Positions 26,871 through 37,910 are shown, numbered from the stretch's first letter. The stretch is DNA of 64,000 bases from an uncultured virus (IMG/VR IMGVR_UViG_3300030524_000005) (IMGVR_UViG_3300030524_000005); one strand, 5' to 3'. Translations and numbers: made by a program. The notes: a model not told the origin generated them from the sequence alone.

Positions 26871-27349
26871 AGGAATACAAGTCATTCGGCGCCTTCGCTC
26901 GGGCGATAGAGCGTGCGGCAGCAGAACTAGAGGCCGCATATGCGACAGCGATGGAAGCGGGTGCCCTAGTGGTGGAGGCTGCAGCGAAGGCCGAGTTCGG
27001 CCATTACCAGCGCGAAGACATGGGGCCAATGACCCCGTGGGAAGAACTGAAGGACGCGACAAAATGGCAGCACAACATGGCGATTGTCAACGGTGAAGCC
27101 GCTGACGACGCTGGCGAGAATACCCCGCTGCTCGTCACGGGCGATTTGCGCGAAAGCATCAAGCACGAAACTGAGCCGAAGGCATTCGTGGTCGGCAGTG
27201 AGAGTGAAATTATGGTGTATCAGGAGGTTGGCACACCCGAAGGCATTCCGCCGCGCCCAGTACTCGGAACAGCAATGTATCGCAACGCTGAAGTAGTCGC
27301 GAATCTGGTTGGGCAGGCCGTCGAAGACACTATCGCAGGTAAAAAATGA
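26867..27349 (+). CDS. HK97 gp10/Mu gpG-like tail completion protein
   Basis: TGDLRESI..YQEVGT..IPPRPVL. Confidence 0.7.
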   Translation: MKEYKSFGAFARAIERAAAELEAAYATAMEAGALVVEAAAKAEFGHYQREDMGPMTPWEELKDATKWQHNMAIVNGEAADDAGENTPLLVTGDLRESIKHETEPKAFVVGSESEIMVYQEVGTPEGIPPRPVLGTAMYRNAEVVANLVGQAVEDTIAGKK

Positions 27350-29358
27350 TCAACGCTTTTGCCATCGGCGTCAGCGCCAACCTTGAGGACAACGTCAGCA
27401 ACCGGCTGATGATCATCGTCGAGTGGGCGAACAAGGCGAACTCCGCGATGATCGAGTTCGCCGAGAATGCGCGCAAGGCTTCTACGGCCGGCGCCGGCAT
27501 GGCGCGTAACTTCGAGAAGGCCGCAGCCGCAGCGACTGCCTTGGGCGATAGCGCTGGAAGTCTCACTCGCGCCAGCTACGTGCTCGACACGATGGCAGCC
27601 AGCAGCGGCGATCTTGCCCGCAACATGGCGGCGGCTCGCGCTGAATCTAGCGGCATACGCCCGCCAGGTGGTGGCGGTCGCCCGGATGGAGGCGGTTCCG
27701 GTGGTGAATCCGGCGGCCCGTCCGGCGGCCGCGTCGCTACCAGCGCTGGTGTTGCAGCCGCTGGGCTGCTGTACGGCGTGTATGAAAACGCACGCCTTGG
27801 AGACACCAACGTTAAAGCGGCGGCGACGTCGCAAGTACCAGCAGATCAATGGGGGATTGTATCCGAGGCGCTGCGCCAGCGTGAATTGGCCTATGCGGCA
27901 CAGTACGCTTTCGCGACAGGCGGCAAGATCGAGCCGTTCGCCGATGCGATGTTGGAAGGTTCGCGCTTGATGCGGACGTTGCCTGCCGCCAAGCAGGTGG
28001 AATTGATGGACGCCGCAATGCCCTACATGGCCGGCGAGGCGAAGCTCAAGGGTGTGCCGCTTCCCGAGGCCGCGAACGCCTTCATCGGACTGGCGCACAT
28101 GGCAGGCGCGTACGACCCGAAGCAGGCCGGTGCATTGTTTGAATCGATGATGCAGGCATCGCTCACTTCGCACGCATCGCTGAGCCAGATCTCGCGTGCC
28201 GCGAGCTACGCGCTGCCGTCACTGCATGCCGCTGGCGCGAACTCGAGCGACGTCATGTTGCTCGTCGCCACGATGATGCAGGGCGGCATTATGAACACGA
28301 AATCGGGCACTTGGCTGAATGCCATGGCCGCGAACGCATTGCCGAATACCCTCGGAAGTGGTCTGTTCTCGAACAAGAAGCAGAACGAGGCGTTGCACGA
28401 CCTGGGGCTGTACAAAGGCAACGAGTCCCAGTTTTACAAAAACGGCAGCATGGACCTGATGAAAGAGGTCGCAATTCTCGCCGAAGACCGCCAAAAGATG
28501 GAGCCGTTGCAGTTCAATGCCCTGCTCAGAATGGCATTCGGCGTGCAAGGCGCGCGCGGTGCATCGTTTTTCAGTGAGGATTCGACGCTCTCAAACCTGG
28601 GCGCTCTGTCCGACTTGAAGAACACCTCCATGGCCCCGACGGAGCTGGGGAAAATGATTTCCCAGTGGAGCACTGTTGCCAAGGCCGATCAGACCATCGC
28701 GCTGGCGAATATTACGCTAATGAATGGCACTGCGACGCTGATGGGGCCGGTCAATGCGGTGCTGGGTGGTGCCAATGCGGCACTTGGTTGGACAGCGGGC
28801 TTCACGAAGGGTCACCCGGCCGGAGGCACCGCGTTGGACGCGGGTATGTTGTTCGCCGGGGCGGTAGCAGGCATGTCGGCATGGGCTGGCGCGAAAGGCG
28901 CTGCCGGCATGGTTAATAAAGGCGTAGTCGGCCTTTCGAAATACATCGCAACAAGCGTTGGCACCCTTATTGGGCGCGCAGTACTTGGCGCGACAGCAGC
29001 AGAAATCGGTGCAACAACGCTTGCGGCAGCCGGCGGCATGATTGCAGTGGGCGCAGTCATCGCTGGCGGTATTGCATATGCGCTTGCATCAGGACTGAAG
29101 TATGCGCTGAACAACCTGATGCCAACGGCACCGCCTCCGCCCGGTTCAACCCCGAGAGGGATAGATCCGAGCGCGGCACATGGCGTAACAGCCGGTCATC
29201 CGTCGAATGCGCACCCTCAAGTGCACGTGCAGGTACAGGTCGATAGCCACGACCTAGCGGCGCACGTGACGACAAAGCTGATCCCGCCGAAAACCACCGG
29301 GCCGACCGGCTTCAATCCTGATTCAACGCCATTCACCCCGAGCATGGGGATGTACTGA
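27346..29358 (+). CDS. tape measure protein
   Basis: 670 aa, Ala/Gly-rich and helical with hydrophobic C-terminal stretches; position. Confidence 0.85.
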   Translation: MINAFAIGVSANLEDNVSNRLMIIVEWANKANSAMIEFAENARKASTAGAGMARNFEKAAAAATALGDSAGSLTRASYVLDTMAASSGDLARNMAAARAESSGIRPPGGGGRPDGGGSGGESGGPSGGRVATSAGVAAAGLLYGVYENARLGDTNVKAAATSQVPADQWGIVSEALRQRELAYAAQYAFATGGKIEPFADAMLEGSRLMRTLPAAKQVELMDAAMPYMAGEAKLKGVPLPEAANAFIGLAHMAGAYDPKQAGALFESMMQASLTSHASLSQISRAASYALPSLHAAGANSSDVMLLVATMMQGGIMNTKSGTWLNAMAANALPNTLGSGLFSNKKQNEALHDLGLYKGNESQFYKNGSMDLMKEVAILAEDRQKMEPLQFNALLRMAFGVQGARGASFFSEDSTLSNLGALSDLKNTSMAPTELGKMISQWSTVAKADQTIALANITLMNGTATLMGPVNAVLGGANAALGWTAGFTKGHPAGGTALDAGMLFAGAVAGMSAWAGAKGAAGMVNKGVVGLSKYIATSVGTLIGRAVLGATAAEIGATTLAAAGGMIAVGAVIAGGIAYALASGLKYALNNLMPTAPPPPGSTPRGIDPSAAHGVTAGHPSNAHPQVHVQVQVDSHDLAAHVTTKLIPPKTTGPTGFNPDSTPFTPSMGMY

Positions 29359-30374
29359 TGAACACGTTCGCGACCCTCACGCTGGACACGCCGAACGGGG
29401 CCTTCGTCTTTACGGACGCAGAAGTGCCGGAGAAGATCCGGTTTGGCGGTTCGCAACTGCTCGACGTGCAGAAAATGGTCGGCGGCATGCGGCGTATCAA
29501 TGCGATGGGGGGCGACGACGAACCGCTGCAATGGTCCGGGCTGTTTCTGTACGCGTCGGCGCTGTCCCGCGCACGGTTCCTCGACTCGGTGCGCCGGGAA
29601 GGTTTGCAATGCACGCTGTCATGGGATGCGCTGCTGTATCAGGTCGTGATCGCGGAATTCCACGCTGACTACGAATACCCGTTCAAGATCCCGTACCAGA
29701 TCAAGTTCGAGGTCATTGAGGATCAGACGGCGACGGTCGACTCGGTCCCGGCGATTACCCCGGCGCAATCGATGGCTAGCGACATGGCGCAACTCGGCAT
29801 GCTGTCGAACTGTATCGGGAGTTCAGCGCTGAATAGCCTCATTGGCGATCTGCAAAGCGCCATGAGTGCGGTTAGCACCGCAGTGCAGCCGATCGCCAAC
29901 GGCCTGATGGCGGTCACGTCGTTTATTGCGGGTGTCGCCAATTGCGCCGCCCAAGTGGTCAACTCTGTAGAGAGCGCGGTCGCGGCAGTCGTGGCTCCGC
30001 TTGCGGCCGTTGCATCACAGGTTCAGGGGTTGATCGCAACAGCCGAGAACACTGTCGCAAACGTCGCGGGTGTTCTCCCGGGCGTGCCAGCGGCGGCCAA
30101 CGTCTTTAACGCGCTGGCGACAATGAATTCGGCGGTCCAATTGCCCGAGTTGTACCAGATGCGCAGCATTTGCGCCCGGATGCAGGTCAACTTGCCGCTC
30201 GTCGCGATGCCGACCAGCGCGCAGACGATCACCGTTGGCGGGGGCGACCTATACACCATCGCGGCACAGCAGTATGGCGACGCGGGCCGATTCACTGACA
30301 TTTTGGCGGCCAATCCTCAGCTTGGCGGCGATCCGATTCTGACCGGCATCAACACTCTGACCATCCCAGCCTGA
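29358..30374 (+). CDS. tube initiator/baseplate protein with LysM
   Basis: C-terminal GDLYTIAAQQYGD..ILAANP..LTIP. Confidence 0.8.
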   Translation: MNTFATLTLDTPNGAFVFTDAEVPEKIRFGGSQLLDVQKMVGGMRRINAMGGDDEPLQWSGLFLYASALSRARFLDSVRREGLQCTLSWDALLYQVVIAEFHADYEYPFKIPYQIKFEVIEDQTATVDSVPAITPAQSMASDMAQLGMLSNCIGSSALNSLIGDLQSAMSAVSTAVQPIANGLMAVTSFIAGVANCAAQVVNSVESAVAAVVAPLAAVASQVQGLIATAENTVANVAGVLPGVPAAANVFNALATMNSAVQLPELYQMRSICARMQVNLPLVAMPTSAQTITVGGGDLYTIAAQQYGDAGRFTDILAANPQLGGDPILTGINTLTIPA

Positions 30375-30375
30375 C

Positions 30376-31494
30376 ATGATCAACACCCCCCCGACCGTTG
30401 GCTCGCTCGTTGCGCCGCGGGCGATCCTTCAGGTGGGCTCGAAGGTCATCAACTGGACGAGTTGGGACGCCGGGCACAACGGCATCAATGAGGCGGGAAC
30501 CATTAGCATCGAGGTGCCGTCGGTATTCACAGACTGGGCCTGGTGGACGCAGCAGACCGAAATTCTTGTCGACGTGTATGTGGGTTTTCCAAAAGACCCG
30601 CGGAACTACTCGGCCAGCGACCTCACGCTATTGCAGACCTATCGTATTGATTCGATCCGGCTCAACGCCATGACGGGCGGCATTTCCCTGTCGGGCCGAG
30701 ACCTGACCGCGCTACTGGTCGACAAGAAGATCGATATCAAGTTCCAGAACCAGACGGCCAGCCAGGTCGCTACCTACTTGGCTCAGCAAGCTGGGTTGAT
30801 TCCGAACGTGCAGCCAACAACCGGCCTTGTCGGGGCATTTTTTGCGGCGGACCATGTGAGCCTGCACCGGCAGCAGTCGATGTGGACGATTCTCACATAC
30901 CTCGCGCAGCATGTGGGTGTGCAGTGCTTCGTGCTGGGGCGCACGCTGTATTTTGGGTCGTTCAGCGCGGCTCTGTCGAATCAGCCTTATTTGATTCAGT
31001 ACACCCCGCCGACCACCCAGCGGCCCTATCCGACGTCCAATGCAACGAGTCTCGATTTCGAGCACGATTTGACGCTCGCGAACGATGTATCGGTGACCGT
31101 GCGCAGCTATCACGGCGCGAAAAATCAGGTCTATACCTCGCTTGCCACGTCGAGCAAGACGGCGAAGCGCATCGAACATGACGCGACGCTTGCGCAGTCG
31201 GTGCAGGAGTACAGCTTCACGTTCAACGACCTGACGCAGGCCCAATGCGATGCCAAGGCGCAGCAGTTGCTTGGGCAGATCAGTCAGCACGAGATGAAGA
31301 TGTCGGCCAATCTACCCGGCGATACGCTGATCTATCCGTGGACGCCGGTCATCGTGCAAGGCACCGGGACGCCATTCGACACGACGTATGAAGCCGCGCG
31401 GATCCGGCGCTCGTTTCGGGTCGATCCGCCGAAGTTCGAGACCTCGGTGCACGGCAAGACCGTAACGGACGCGCAAACGGTGACATTGACATGA
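30376..31494 (+). CDS. baseplate hub (Mu gp44/P2 gpD-like)
   Basis: LSGRDLT, FQNQTASQV; position. Confidence 0.8.
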   Translation: MINTPPTVGSLVAPRAILQVGSKVINWTSWDAGHNGINEAGTISIEVPSVFTDWAWWTQQTEILVDVYVGFPKDPRNYSASDLTLLQTYRIDSIRLNAMTGGISLSGRDLTALLVDKKIDIKFQNQTASQVATYLAQQAGLIPNVQPTTGLVGAFFAADHVSLHRQQSMWTILTYLAQHVGVQCFVLGRTLYFGSFSAALSNQPYLIQYTPPTTQRPYPTSNATSLDFEHDLTLANDVSVTVRSYHGAKNQVYTSLATSSKTAKRIEHDATLAQSVQEYSFTFNDLTQAQCDAKAQQLLGQISQHEMKMSANLPGDTLIYPWTPVIVQGTGTPFDTTYEAARIRRSFRVDPPKFETSVHGKTVTDAQTVTLT

Positions 31495-32135
31495 TCGAGC
31501 ACATCAAGCGGGTCGTGTCTGAGTTCATGGCTGGTTTTGCGTCGACCAAGTACGGACAGATCACCGCATACAACCCAAACGATTACACCGTCAAGGTGAT
31601 GATCATGCCGACCAAGGACGAGACGGGTTTCATCCCGCTCGCCGCGGCATGGGTCGGCAACAACTTCGGCGCCGTGTTCGGGCCCGGCATCGGTGACTCG
31701 GTGCGCCTAGATTTTATGGATGGCAAGGTCGAGGCGACGGTCGTTGGCGGCCGGTTCTTCAATAATTCGGCTCGACCGCCGATCGTGCAGTCCGGTCAGG
31801 CCGCGATCATTGATAGTCAGGGCTCATACGTCAAGCTGAATAACGACGGGACGATGAGCTTCAACGCCGCGACAGGGATGTATTTCTCGGCGCAGACGAT
31901 CGCTATGCAGGCGAGCCAGACCATCGGGTTGACCGCAGGTACCGAAATCACCAACTCGGCGCCAGCAGTCGAGATCGATGGGCAGTTGACCCAAGGTACC
32001 GGGCCGCAGGGTGGCACCGCAACGCTAAACGGTCCGGCTACGGTCAATAACGACCTCACCGCCGAAGGCAAGAGCGTGCACAACCACACGCACACGGCAC
32101 AGGGCGCCAACGCCGTCACCACACCGCCCAACTAG
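31491..32135 (+). CDS. baseplate spike (gpV-like)
   Basis: OB-fold-type N-terminus; C-terminal HNHTH metal motif. Confidence 0.88.
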   Translation: MIEHIKRVVSEFMAGFASTKYGQITAYNPNDYTVKVMIMPTKDETGFIPLAAAWVGNNFGAVFGPGIGDSVRLDFMDGKVEATVVGGRFFNNSARPPIVQSGQAAIIDSQGSYVKLNNDGTMSFNAATGMYFSAQTIAMQASQTIGLTAGTEITNSAPAVEIDGQLTQGTGPQGGTATLNGPATVNNDLTAEGKSVHNHTHTAQGANAVTTPPN

Positions 32136-32144
32136 AGCCAATTT

Positions 32145-32531
32145 ATGCCTGACAGTTTTCACTGGTGGGGCCAGGACACCCAGTTCTCGGCCTCGGGGGA
32201 TGACTTGCTCGCGACCGGCGTGGCGGAATTGAATCAGCGCATAGTACGCGCGCTGCTGACGCCACCCGGCACGTACATCTGGCATCCGACGTATGGCGCC
32301 GGCCTAGGTCGTTTCGTCGGCAAGGCGCTCTCGGTCGAAGAGTTCGCGCTGATCAAGTCACTGATCACTGCCGTGCTGGCGATTGAGCCTGACGTGCAAA
32401 AGCAGCCGCCGCCGACCTTCACCTACCAGAACGATGCTACCGGCCTGCTGAGCGTGGCGATCAATTACATCTACGCGCCCACGGGCGTGCCGCAGACCCT
32501 CAACTTCAACGTCCCGGCATATGGCTCTTAA
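32145..32531 (+). CDS. baseplate wedge (gp25/gpW-like)
   Basis: QRIVRALLTPPG..HPTYGAGL. Confidence 0.82.
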   Translation: MPDSFHWWGQDTQFSASGDDLLATGVAELNQRIVRALLTPPGTYIWHPTYGAGLGRFVGKALSVEEFALIKSLITAVLAIEPDVQKQPPPTFTYQNDATGLLSVAINYIYAPTGVPQTLNFNVPAYGS

Positions 32532-33705
32532 TACGCAAAGTTTCACGACGATCGTTCAGCAGCAGGTTGCGGCGATCCAGTCGGCGGTAGCGAAGGCAGG
32601 CGGCGCAGTCGTCACCCTCCTATCGTTCGTGATCGGCTCGCTTGAGCTGGCGCGCGTTGAAGCGGTCGCTGGCGTGTCGATGTGGCTACAGTCGCTCGTG
32701 ATGACGCTGCTCGCCGTGACACGCCTGTCGACGTCGACAGGAGCCGATATCGACAGTTTCATCGCTGACTTTGGCTGCCCGCCGCGCGAGGCTGCGGTGT
32801 CTGCCACTGGTCAGGTGGTCTTCTCGCGTTTCACGCCGACGAATGCGGCGACGATTCCGGCGGGCGTTTATACGCCGAACGCGAGCGGGACCGGGGGCAG
32901 TTATTCCGGTGGCGCCATGACGCTGACGGCAGACGGAACGCAACCGTTCCAAGTCATACCGGACCCGACGCAGACCTATTGGAATGCCGCAGCGAACGCC
33001 TACATTATCCCGGCTGGCGTGACGAGCGCACAGGTCACGGTGCAGGCGTCGAACGCTGGCATACAGGGCAACGTTGCCGCCGGCAGCATCACGACGATCT
33101 CGACGGCCATCGTCGGCGTCGACACGGTGACCAATTCGAGCTCGCTCGAGAATGGCGTAAATCAGGAAAGCGACGCGGCGGTGCAGGCCCGGTTCCAGGT
33201 CTATGTCCAAGGCCTGCGCGCAGCAATCGCAACGGCAGTCGAGTCGGCTATCGAAGGCGTGCAGCAGGGCATCCAGTACGAGATTGTCGAGAACCAGACG
33301 CTCGGCGGCGTCACGCAGTACGGATTTTTTTACGTGATCATCTCGCCGTTCACGACGCAACTGCACGACGCGGTTTATTCGGCCATCAACGCGATTCGCG
33401 GCCTCTCGATCACGTTCGCGGTGTACGCCGCAACGCAACTCACAGCCAACATCGCGGTGAGCGTCACCGCCGCGCCCGGCTACTTGCTGGCGAACGTCGA
33501 GGCGGCGGTCACGACGGCAATCGAGAATTTCATTGCATCGGTGCCGCTCGGCGGCACGCTGTCCTATTCGCAGCTTTATTCCGCGATTTGGGCCGTGCCG
33601 GGCGTGGCGATCCCCGTAACCGGTCTGACGATCAACGGCGGCACGTCTGATTTGGTTGCGACTGCAACTCAAGACGTAGTTGCGGGCACGGTATCGGTGA
33701 ACTGA
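32521..33705 (+). CDS. baseplate J-like protein
   Basis: ATGQVVFSR, AGIQGNVAAG, GVNQESDA. Confidence 0.9.
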   Translation: MALNTQSFTTIVQQQVAAIQSAVAKAGGAVVTLLSFVIGSLELARVEAVAGVSMWLQSLVMTLLAVTRLSTSTGADIDSFIADFGCPPREAAVSATGQVVFSRFTPTNAATIPAGVYTPNASGTGGSYSGGAMTLTADGTQPFQVIPDPTQTYWNAAANAYIIPAGVTSAQVTVQASNAGIQGNVAAGSITTISTAIVGVDTVTNSSSLENGVNQESDAAVQARFQVYVQGLRAAIATAVESAIEGVQQGIQYEIVENQTLGGVTQYGFFYVIISPFTTQLHDAVYSAINAIRGLSITFAVYAATQLTANIAVSVTAAPGYLLANVEAAVTTAIENFIASVPLGGTLSYSQLYSAIWAVPGVAIPVTGLTINGGTSDLVATATQDVVAGTVSVN

Positions 33706-34364
33706 TGGCCAGGGGAGATCCGCAGGATATTTTCAGCCGCCTGAAGGCACAGATCCCGAAGTCGTGGTTCCAGTCATCCCCGAACTTCGACGCGACGCTA
33801 CAAGGCCCTGCATGGGCGCTTTCGTCGATCTACGCGCAGATCACCTACGCGACGCTGCAGACGCGCATCGGCACGGCGACCGACGGCTATCTCGACCTGA
33901 TATCGAATGACTTCTTCGGCACCGCACTGCCGCGGCTGACAAACGAACAGGACGGCCCATTTCGCGCGCGCATTCTCGCGAACCTGTTTGTCAAGGGGCC
34001 GACGCGCGCCAACATGTCGGCGGTGCTCACCCTCGTAACTGGTCGCACGCCGGATATTTTTGAGCCGAGCAATACGACTGACTCGGGCGGTTGGGATGGC
34101 GCTTTCTATTGGGATACCGGCGTCGGCAAATGGGGTGCGCCGATGCCATACCAGAGCTTCGTGACTGCATACCGGCCGATCACCAGTGCGCAATCTCTCG
34201 GTGAACTCGATTCGTGGCGCTGGTCGTTCGATTCATACGGCGCCTGGTCTGATTCTCCGGTCACATCAATTACCGACGCCGCAATCATCGCCGCCGTCGA
34301 ATCAACCCGCATGACAGGCACGGTCGTTTGGCTACGCATAGCCAACGGGCCGATCACGCCATAA
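33705..34364 (+). CDS. baseplate wedge (gpI-like)
   Basis: TATDGYLDLI..R..EQDGPFRARI. Confidence 0.8.
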   Translation: MARGDPQDIFSRLKAQIPKSWFQSSPNFDATLQGPAWALSSIYAQITYATLQTRIGTATDGYLDLISNDFFGTALPRLTNEQDGPFRARILANLFVKGPTRANMSAVLTLVTGRTPDIFEPSNTTDSGGWDGAFYWDTGVGKWGAPMPYQSFVTAYRPITSAQSLGELDSWRWSFDSYGAWSDSPVTSITDAAIIAAVESTRMTGTVVWLRIANGPITP

Positions 34365-34387
34365 CCGCACTAAACCTGCACTCATTC

Positions 34388-34411
34388 AAGCCGCCTTCGG
34401 GCGGCTTTTTT
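34388..34411 (+). terminator. intrinsic terminator
   Basis: AAGCCGCC-TTCG-GGCGGCTT-T. Confidence 0.8.
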
Positions 34412-34427
34412 CGTTTCTGGAGCTTGA

Positions 34428-36020
34428 ATGGATCGCCCAACCGTTTACACACAGGAACAAGGCCGTAGCGTCGATTTCCTGTTCGCCGCGCGCTCGACCA
34501 TGATCGGCCTGGGTAAGTTGGCGCAAGCCGCCTTCGGCAGCAATACGGTGGTGCGCGGGTTGGCTGTGACGCCGAACTCGCCTGCCGCCTTGAACGTGCT
34601 TGTCGGCATCGGCGAAATCTACTCATTGGCGGACGTCGATGCTACGCCATGGGGCGCGCTACCGGCTGACACGACAGATGTCATTGTGAAGCAAGGCCTG
34701 AATATGGCCGCGCAGACCATCTCGACGCCGGCACCCGCAACAAGTGGCTTTAGCGTCGCCTACCTGATCGAATGTCAGTATCAGGATCAGGACACGAACC
34801 CGGCTGTTTTGCCTTACTACAACAGCAACAATCCCCAGATTCCACTGAATGGACAAGGCGGCAACGGTGCGCCGCAGGCAACGCAGCGCCAAGGTTTTTG
34901 CGTCATCCAGGCGAAAGCCGGTATTGCAGCCGCGACCGGCACGCAGGTAACGCCTTCGGTCGATTCTGGCTGGACGGCACTCGCAGTAGTCATCGTCGCC
35001 AACGGCGCGACCACGGTCACCTCCGGAAACATCTCCGTGCCGGTGGGCGTGCCGCAGATCTCGAGCCTGCTGCAGATGATGCAAACCGGCTCGACCATCT
35101 ACGCCGTCGATACCAGTACTTCCGCTAACACAATCACACTGGCACTCACCCCGGCTGTGACGTCATATACGGACGGTGAGCCGATCCGTTTCAAGGCTGC
35201 GAATAGCAATACCGGAGCCTGCACGATCAACTGGGGCGGCGGATCGATTGCACTCAATGGTGCGAACGCGGCGCTTCAGGGCGGCGAAATCATCGCCGCA
35301 AAGCAATACGAGGCGGCGTACAACTCGACCACAGGCACGGCGATTCTGATCGGGCAAACCGCTGGTGCGCTCCAAATCGCCCCCGCTACACAGCCAGCAC
35401 ATGCGGTCCAATTCGGCCAGGTCCAGCAAAACTACGCGTGGAATCATGGTTTCTCCGCGATTACGAGCAGTGGCAATTTCACCGTCCCAGCAAACGTCTA
35501 TTTTCTGCGGTACAGAGTATGGGGTGCTGGCGCCGGCAGCGGGGGGGTAGGATCTGCTAACAATGGTAGTGCGGGCGGAGGCGGGGCGGGCGGATTTGCT
35601 GAAGGCATTATGGCCGTCACCCCGGGGCAAGTCATTGCCGCAACCATAGGAGCGGCGGGCACCGCTGGCGGCACAGGTGGCGCGGGTACCGCAGGCGGAA
35701 CGACTTCGTTCGGATCTATCAGTGCAACCGGTGGCGCAGCGGGACAGGCAAATACCACTACTGGCGGCAACTCTGGCGGCGGGGGCGTTGGTAGTGGCGG
35801 ACAAAATAATTTAACTGGTGGATCAGGCAGCACAGGCGGTCCTGGGGCTAGCGCTGGCGGATGTGGCGGAACCTCGAGTTGCGGCGGAGCGGGTGGGGGC
35901 GGTGCTGTAGGGCAGGGCGCGGGCGGAGCGGTCCCAGGCGGCGGTGGTGGTGGGTCTGGGGGCACCGGCGCAAATGCTGGTGCGGCTGGCGCGCGCGGTC
36001 AAGTCAATCTGGAGTGGTAA
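34428..36020 (+). CDS. tail fibre protein with Gly-rich C-terminal domain
   Basis: Follows baseplate; FKAANSNTGA module; SSGNFTVP..WGAGAG Gly-rich tail. Confidence 0.85.
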   Translation: MDRPTVYTQEQGRSVDFLFAARSTMIGLGKLAQAAFGSNTVVRGLAVTPNSPAALNVLVGIGEIYSLADVDATPWGALPADTTDVIVKQGLNMAAQTISTPAPATSGFSVAYLIECQYQDQDTNPAVLPYYNSNNPQIPLNGQGGNGAPQATQRQGFCVIQAKAGIAAATGTQVTPSVDSGWTALAVVIVANGATTVTSGNISVPVGVPQISSLLQMMQTGSTIYAVDTSTSANTITLALTPAVTSYTDGEPIRFKAANSNTGACTINWGGGSIALNGANAALQGGEIIAAKQYEAAYNSTTGTAILIGQTAGALQIAPATQPAHAVQFGQVQQNYAWNHGFSAITSSGNFTVPANVYFLRYRVWGAGAGSGGVGSANNGSAGGGGAGGFAEGIMAVTPGQVIAATIGAAGTAGGTGGAGTAGGTTSFGSISATGGAAGQANTTTGGNSGGGGVGSGGQNNLTGGSGSTGGPGASAGGCGGTSSCGGAGGGGAVGQGAGGAVPGGGGGGSGGTGANAGAAGARGQVNLEW

Positions 36021-36023
36021 GCC

Positions 36024-36560
36024 ATGAACCAAATCTACGCATTGATCCAATCTGATGTCGTGATCAACACGATTATGTGGGACGGCAACACGGCGACATG
36101 GACGCCTCCCAGCGGCGTTACAGCACAACTGTTGCCCGCTGGCTCACCAGTCAGCGCGGGCTATACGTTCGACGGCACGAACTACACGGCACCCGTATCG
36201 ACGACCCCTGCGCCGACTGCGGCCGAAGTGCTTGCGTCTACCGTGATGGCAGCGCTGGCCGCCGGCCTGACGATCACAAGTACCAGCACCCCAGCGATCA
36301 ATGGGACATACGCGGTCGACAGCAAAACAACTGATGAAATCACCTCAGTGACGACATTCATCCTGACGAACGGGGCTTTCCCCAATGGCACAAGTACATT
36401 TCCTTGGCCTGATGCCTCCAATACGCCGCATATTTTCCCGAGCGTGGCTGTTTTCAAGGGATGGGCCACGGCGATTGCGAACTATGTATCGGCGCTCAAT
36501 CTGTATGGCGACGGCATGCCCGGCGCTACGCTTCCAGCGCCGAGCATGACCATCGCGTAA
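36024..36560 (+). CDS. tail fibre assembly/associated protein
   Basis: YALI..VINTIMWDG; follows fibre gene. Confidence 0.65.
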   Translation: MNQIYALIQSDVVINTIMWDGNTATWTPPSGVTAQLLPAGSPVSAGYTFDGTNYTAPVSTTPAPTAAEVLASTVMAALAAGLTITSTSTPAINGTYAVDSKTTDEITSVTTFILTNGAFPNGTSTFPWPDASNTPHIFPSVAVFKGWATAIANYVSALNLYGDGMPGATLPAPSMTIA

Positions 36561-36625
36561 GGCAGCCGATCTGATTCCATCTGGAGATCCAGTTTCTATT
36601 GGCTGGACCTATAGCGGCGTCGCTT

Positions 36626-37858
36626 TTACTGGCGCCCCTCCGGCGCAGACGCCCGCTCTGACATAAAGAGCGCGGCTTGCGGAGCATCCTCGGTAAGAGG
36701 CGAGATAGCTCCACTGCCCATTTCCATGCGTAGCGCAATCTGGCGTCCTTTGCGGCGTAGCGGTGTCTCGACGAATCGATAATTGAGCTCTGACAGGCCC
36801 AGTAGCAAGCAAAGCCAGACGACAAAATATCTCAATGTGTCGCTTGGCTCAAACGCGGTTCCACTTGGCTCAATATATCGACAGATGATCAGCGTCATGG
36901 GGATGGCTGGGTAATGAATGAGGTACAGGGCGTACGAGCGCGAACCGATCCACATCAGCACCGCTTTGACGTATTGATTGCGAACGATATAACCTTTGTT
37001 GTACGAGGCGATCAAAACCAATGCGACCGATACGATAGCAACGAGTCCTGTAGAAAAAGGTACGGGATTGATCTTGCCGGCCCAATCGGAAGGCAGATCG
37101 ATAAGCAGGAATATCAGGATCGCTACGACCGAAATTGCGTAGAAACTCTTCGCCATGAATTTCGGCTCAACGATTTGATAGATGGGATGGCGCGAGAAGA
37201 TGGCGAGGAGCACGCCCAAGCAAATAGCATCCGTCCTGATCGACCAAAGCAGCGACCAAATCGGCCGAGGAATGAATATCTGAACTAGCACGATGGCGCC
37301 GAGCGCGTAGGGCAGTTTTTTGCGAAAGAGCAGTGCAGCTAGCGGCAGGAAAATATAAAACTGCTCTTCAAGGGAGAGGCTCCACCATACGTTTGCACTC
37401 CCGCATTGGTTGGGTATAGCACTGTTCATGCAAGACCAAAAATGGAAATTGGCCACTTGCATTGCGACCGCAGAAAAATCGGATAAGGCGCGCGAGAAAT
37501 ATCCAAAATAATGCGGTTCCCGAAAAATCAGAGCGCCGACGGCGAAGACAGTAATCCATAGCCAGGACGTGGGCCATATCCGGTAGATTCGCCGGATCCA
37601 AAACGCGAAGGATGCGCGCCAAAACGTCTCGCTGTCTTTCGCTTTATCTAGGCGGCTCAGCAGATCGCGGGATATGACGAAGCCTGAGATCGCAAAGAAG
37701 AGGTCGACGCCGGACCACAGGCCGAAGTACATATCGGCAGTGTGAAGCATGGCATTTTCCGAGAATAAATACTGAAGATGGCCGAATATCGTAATTAGGA
37801 TCGCCACGGCACGCAGCGCTTCTATATCGTCGATTCTGCCGCTGGAGTTGCTATTCAT
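36626..37858 (-). CDS. membrane O-acyltransferase (acyltransferase-3/OafA family), moron
   Basis: IEALRAVA..H, GVDLFFAISGF, RRIYRIWP, WSLSLEEQFY, SYALYLIH, YRFVETP; AT-richer; antisense. Confidence 0.93.
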   Translation of the reverse strand: MNSNSSGRIDDIEALRAVAILITIFGHLQYLFSENAMLHTADMYFGLWSGVDLFFAISGFVISRDLLSRLDKAKDSETFWRASFAFWIRRIYRIWPTSWLWITVFAVGALIFREPHYFGYFSRALSDFSAVAMQVANFHFWSCMNSAIPNQCGSANVWWSLSLEEQFYIFLPLAALLFRKKLPYALGAIVLVQIFIPRPIWSLLWSIRTDAICLGVLLAIFSRHPIYQIVEPKFMAKSFYAISVVAILIFLLIDLPSDWAGKINPVPFSTGLVAIVSVALVLIASYNKGYIVRNQYVKAVLMWIGSRSYALYLIHYPAIPMTLIICRYIEPSGTAFEPSDTLRYFVVWLCLLLGLSELNYRFVETPLRRKGRQIALRMEMGSGAISPLTEDAPQAALFMSERASAPEGRQ

Positions 37859-37910
37859 TTTGTCACCCGCCGTTATGTCGCGCGATATTAGCACTTTTGC
37901 ATCGATCGTC

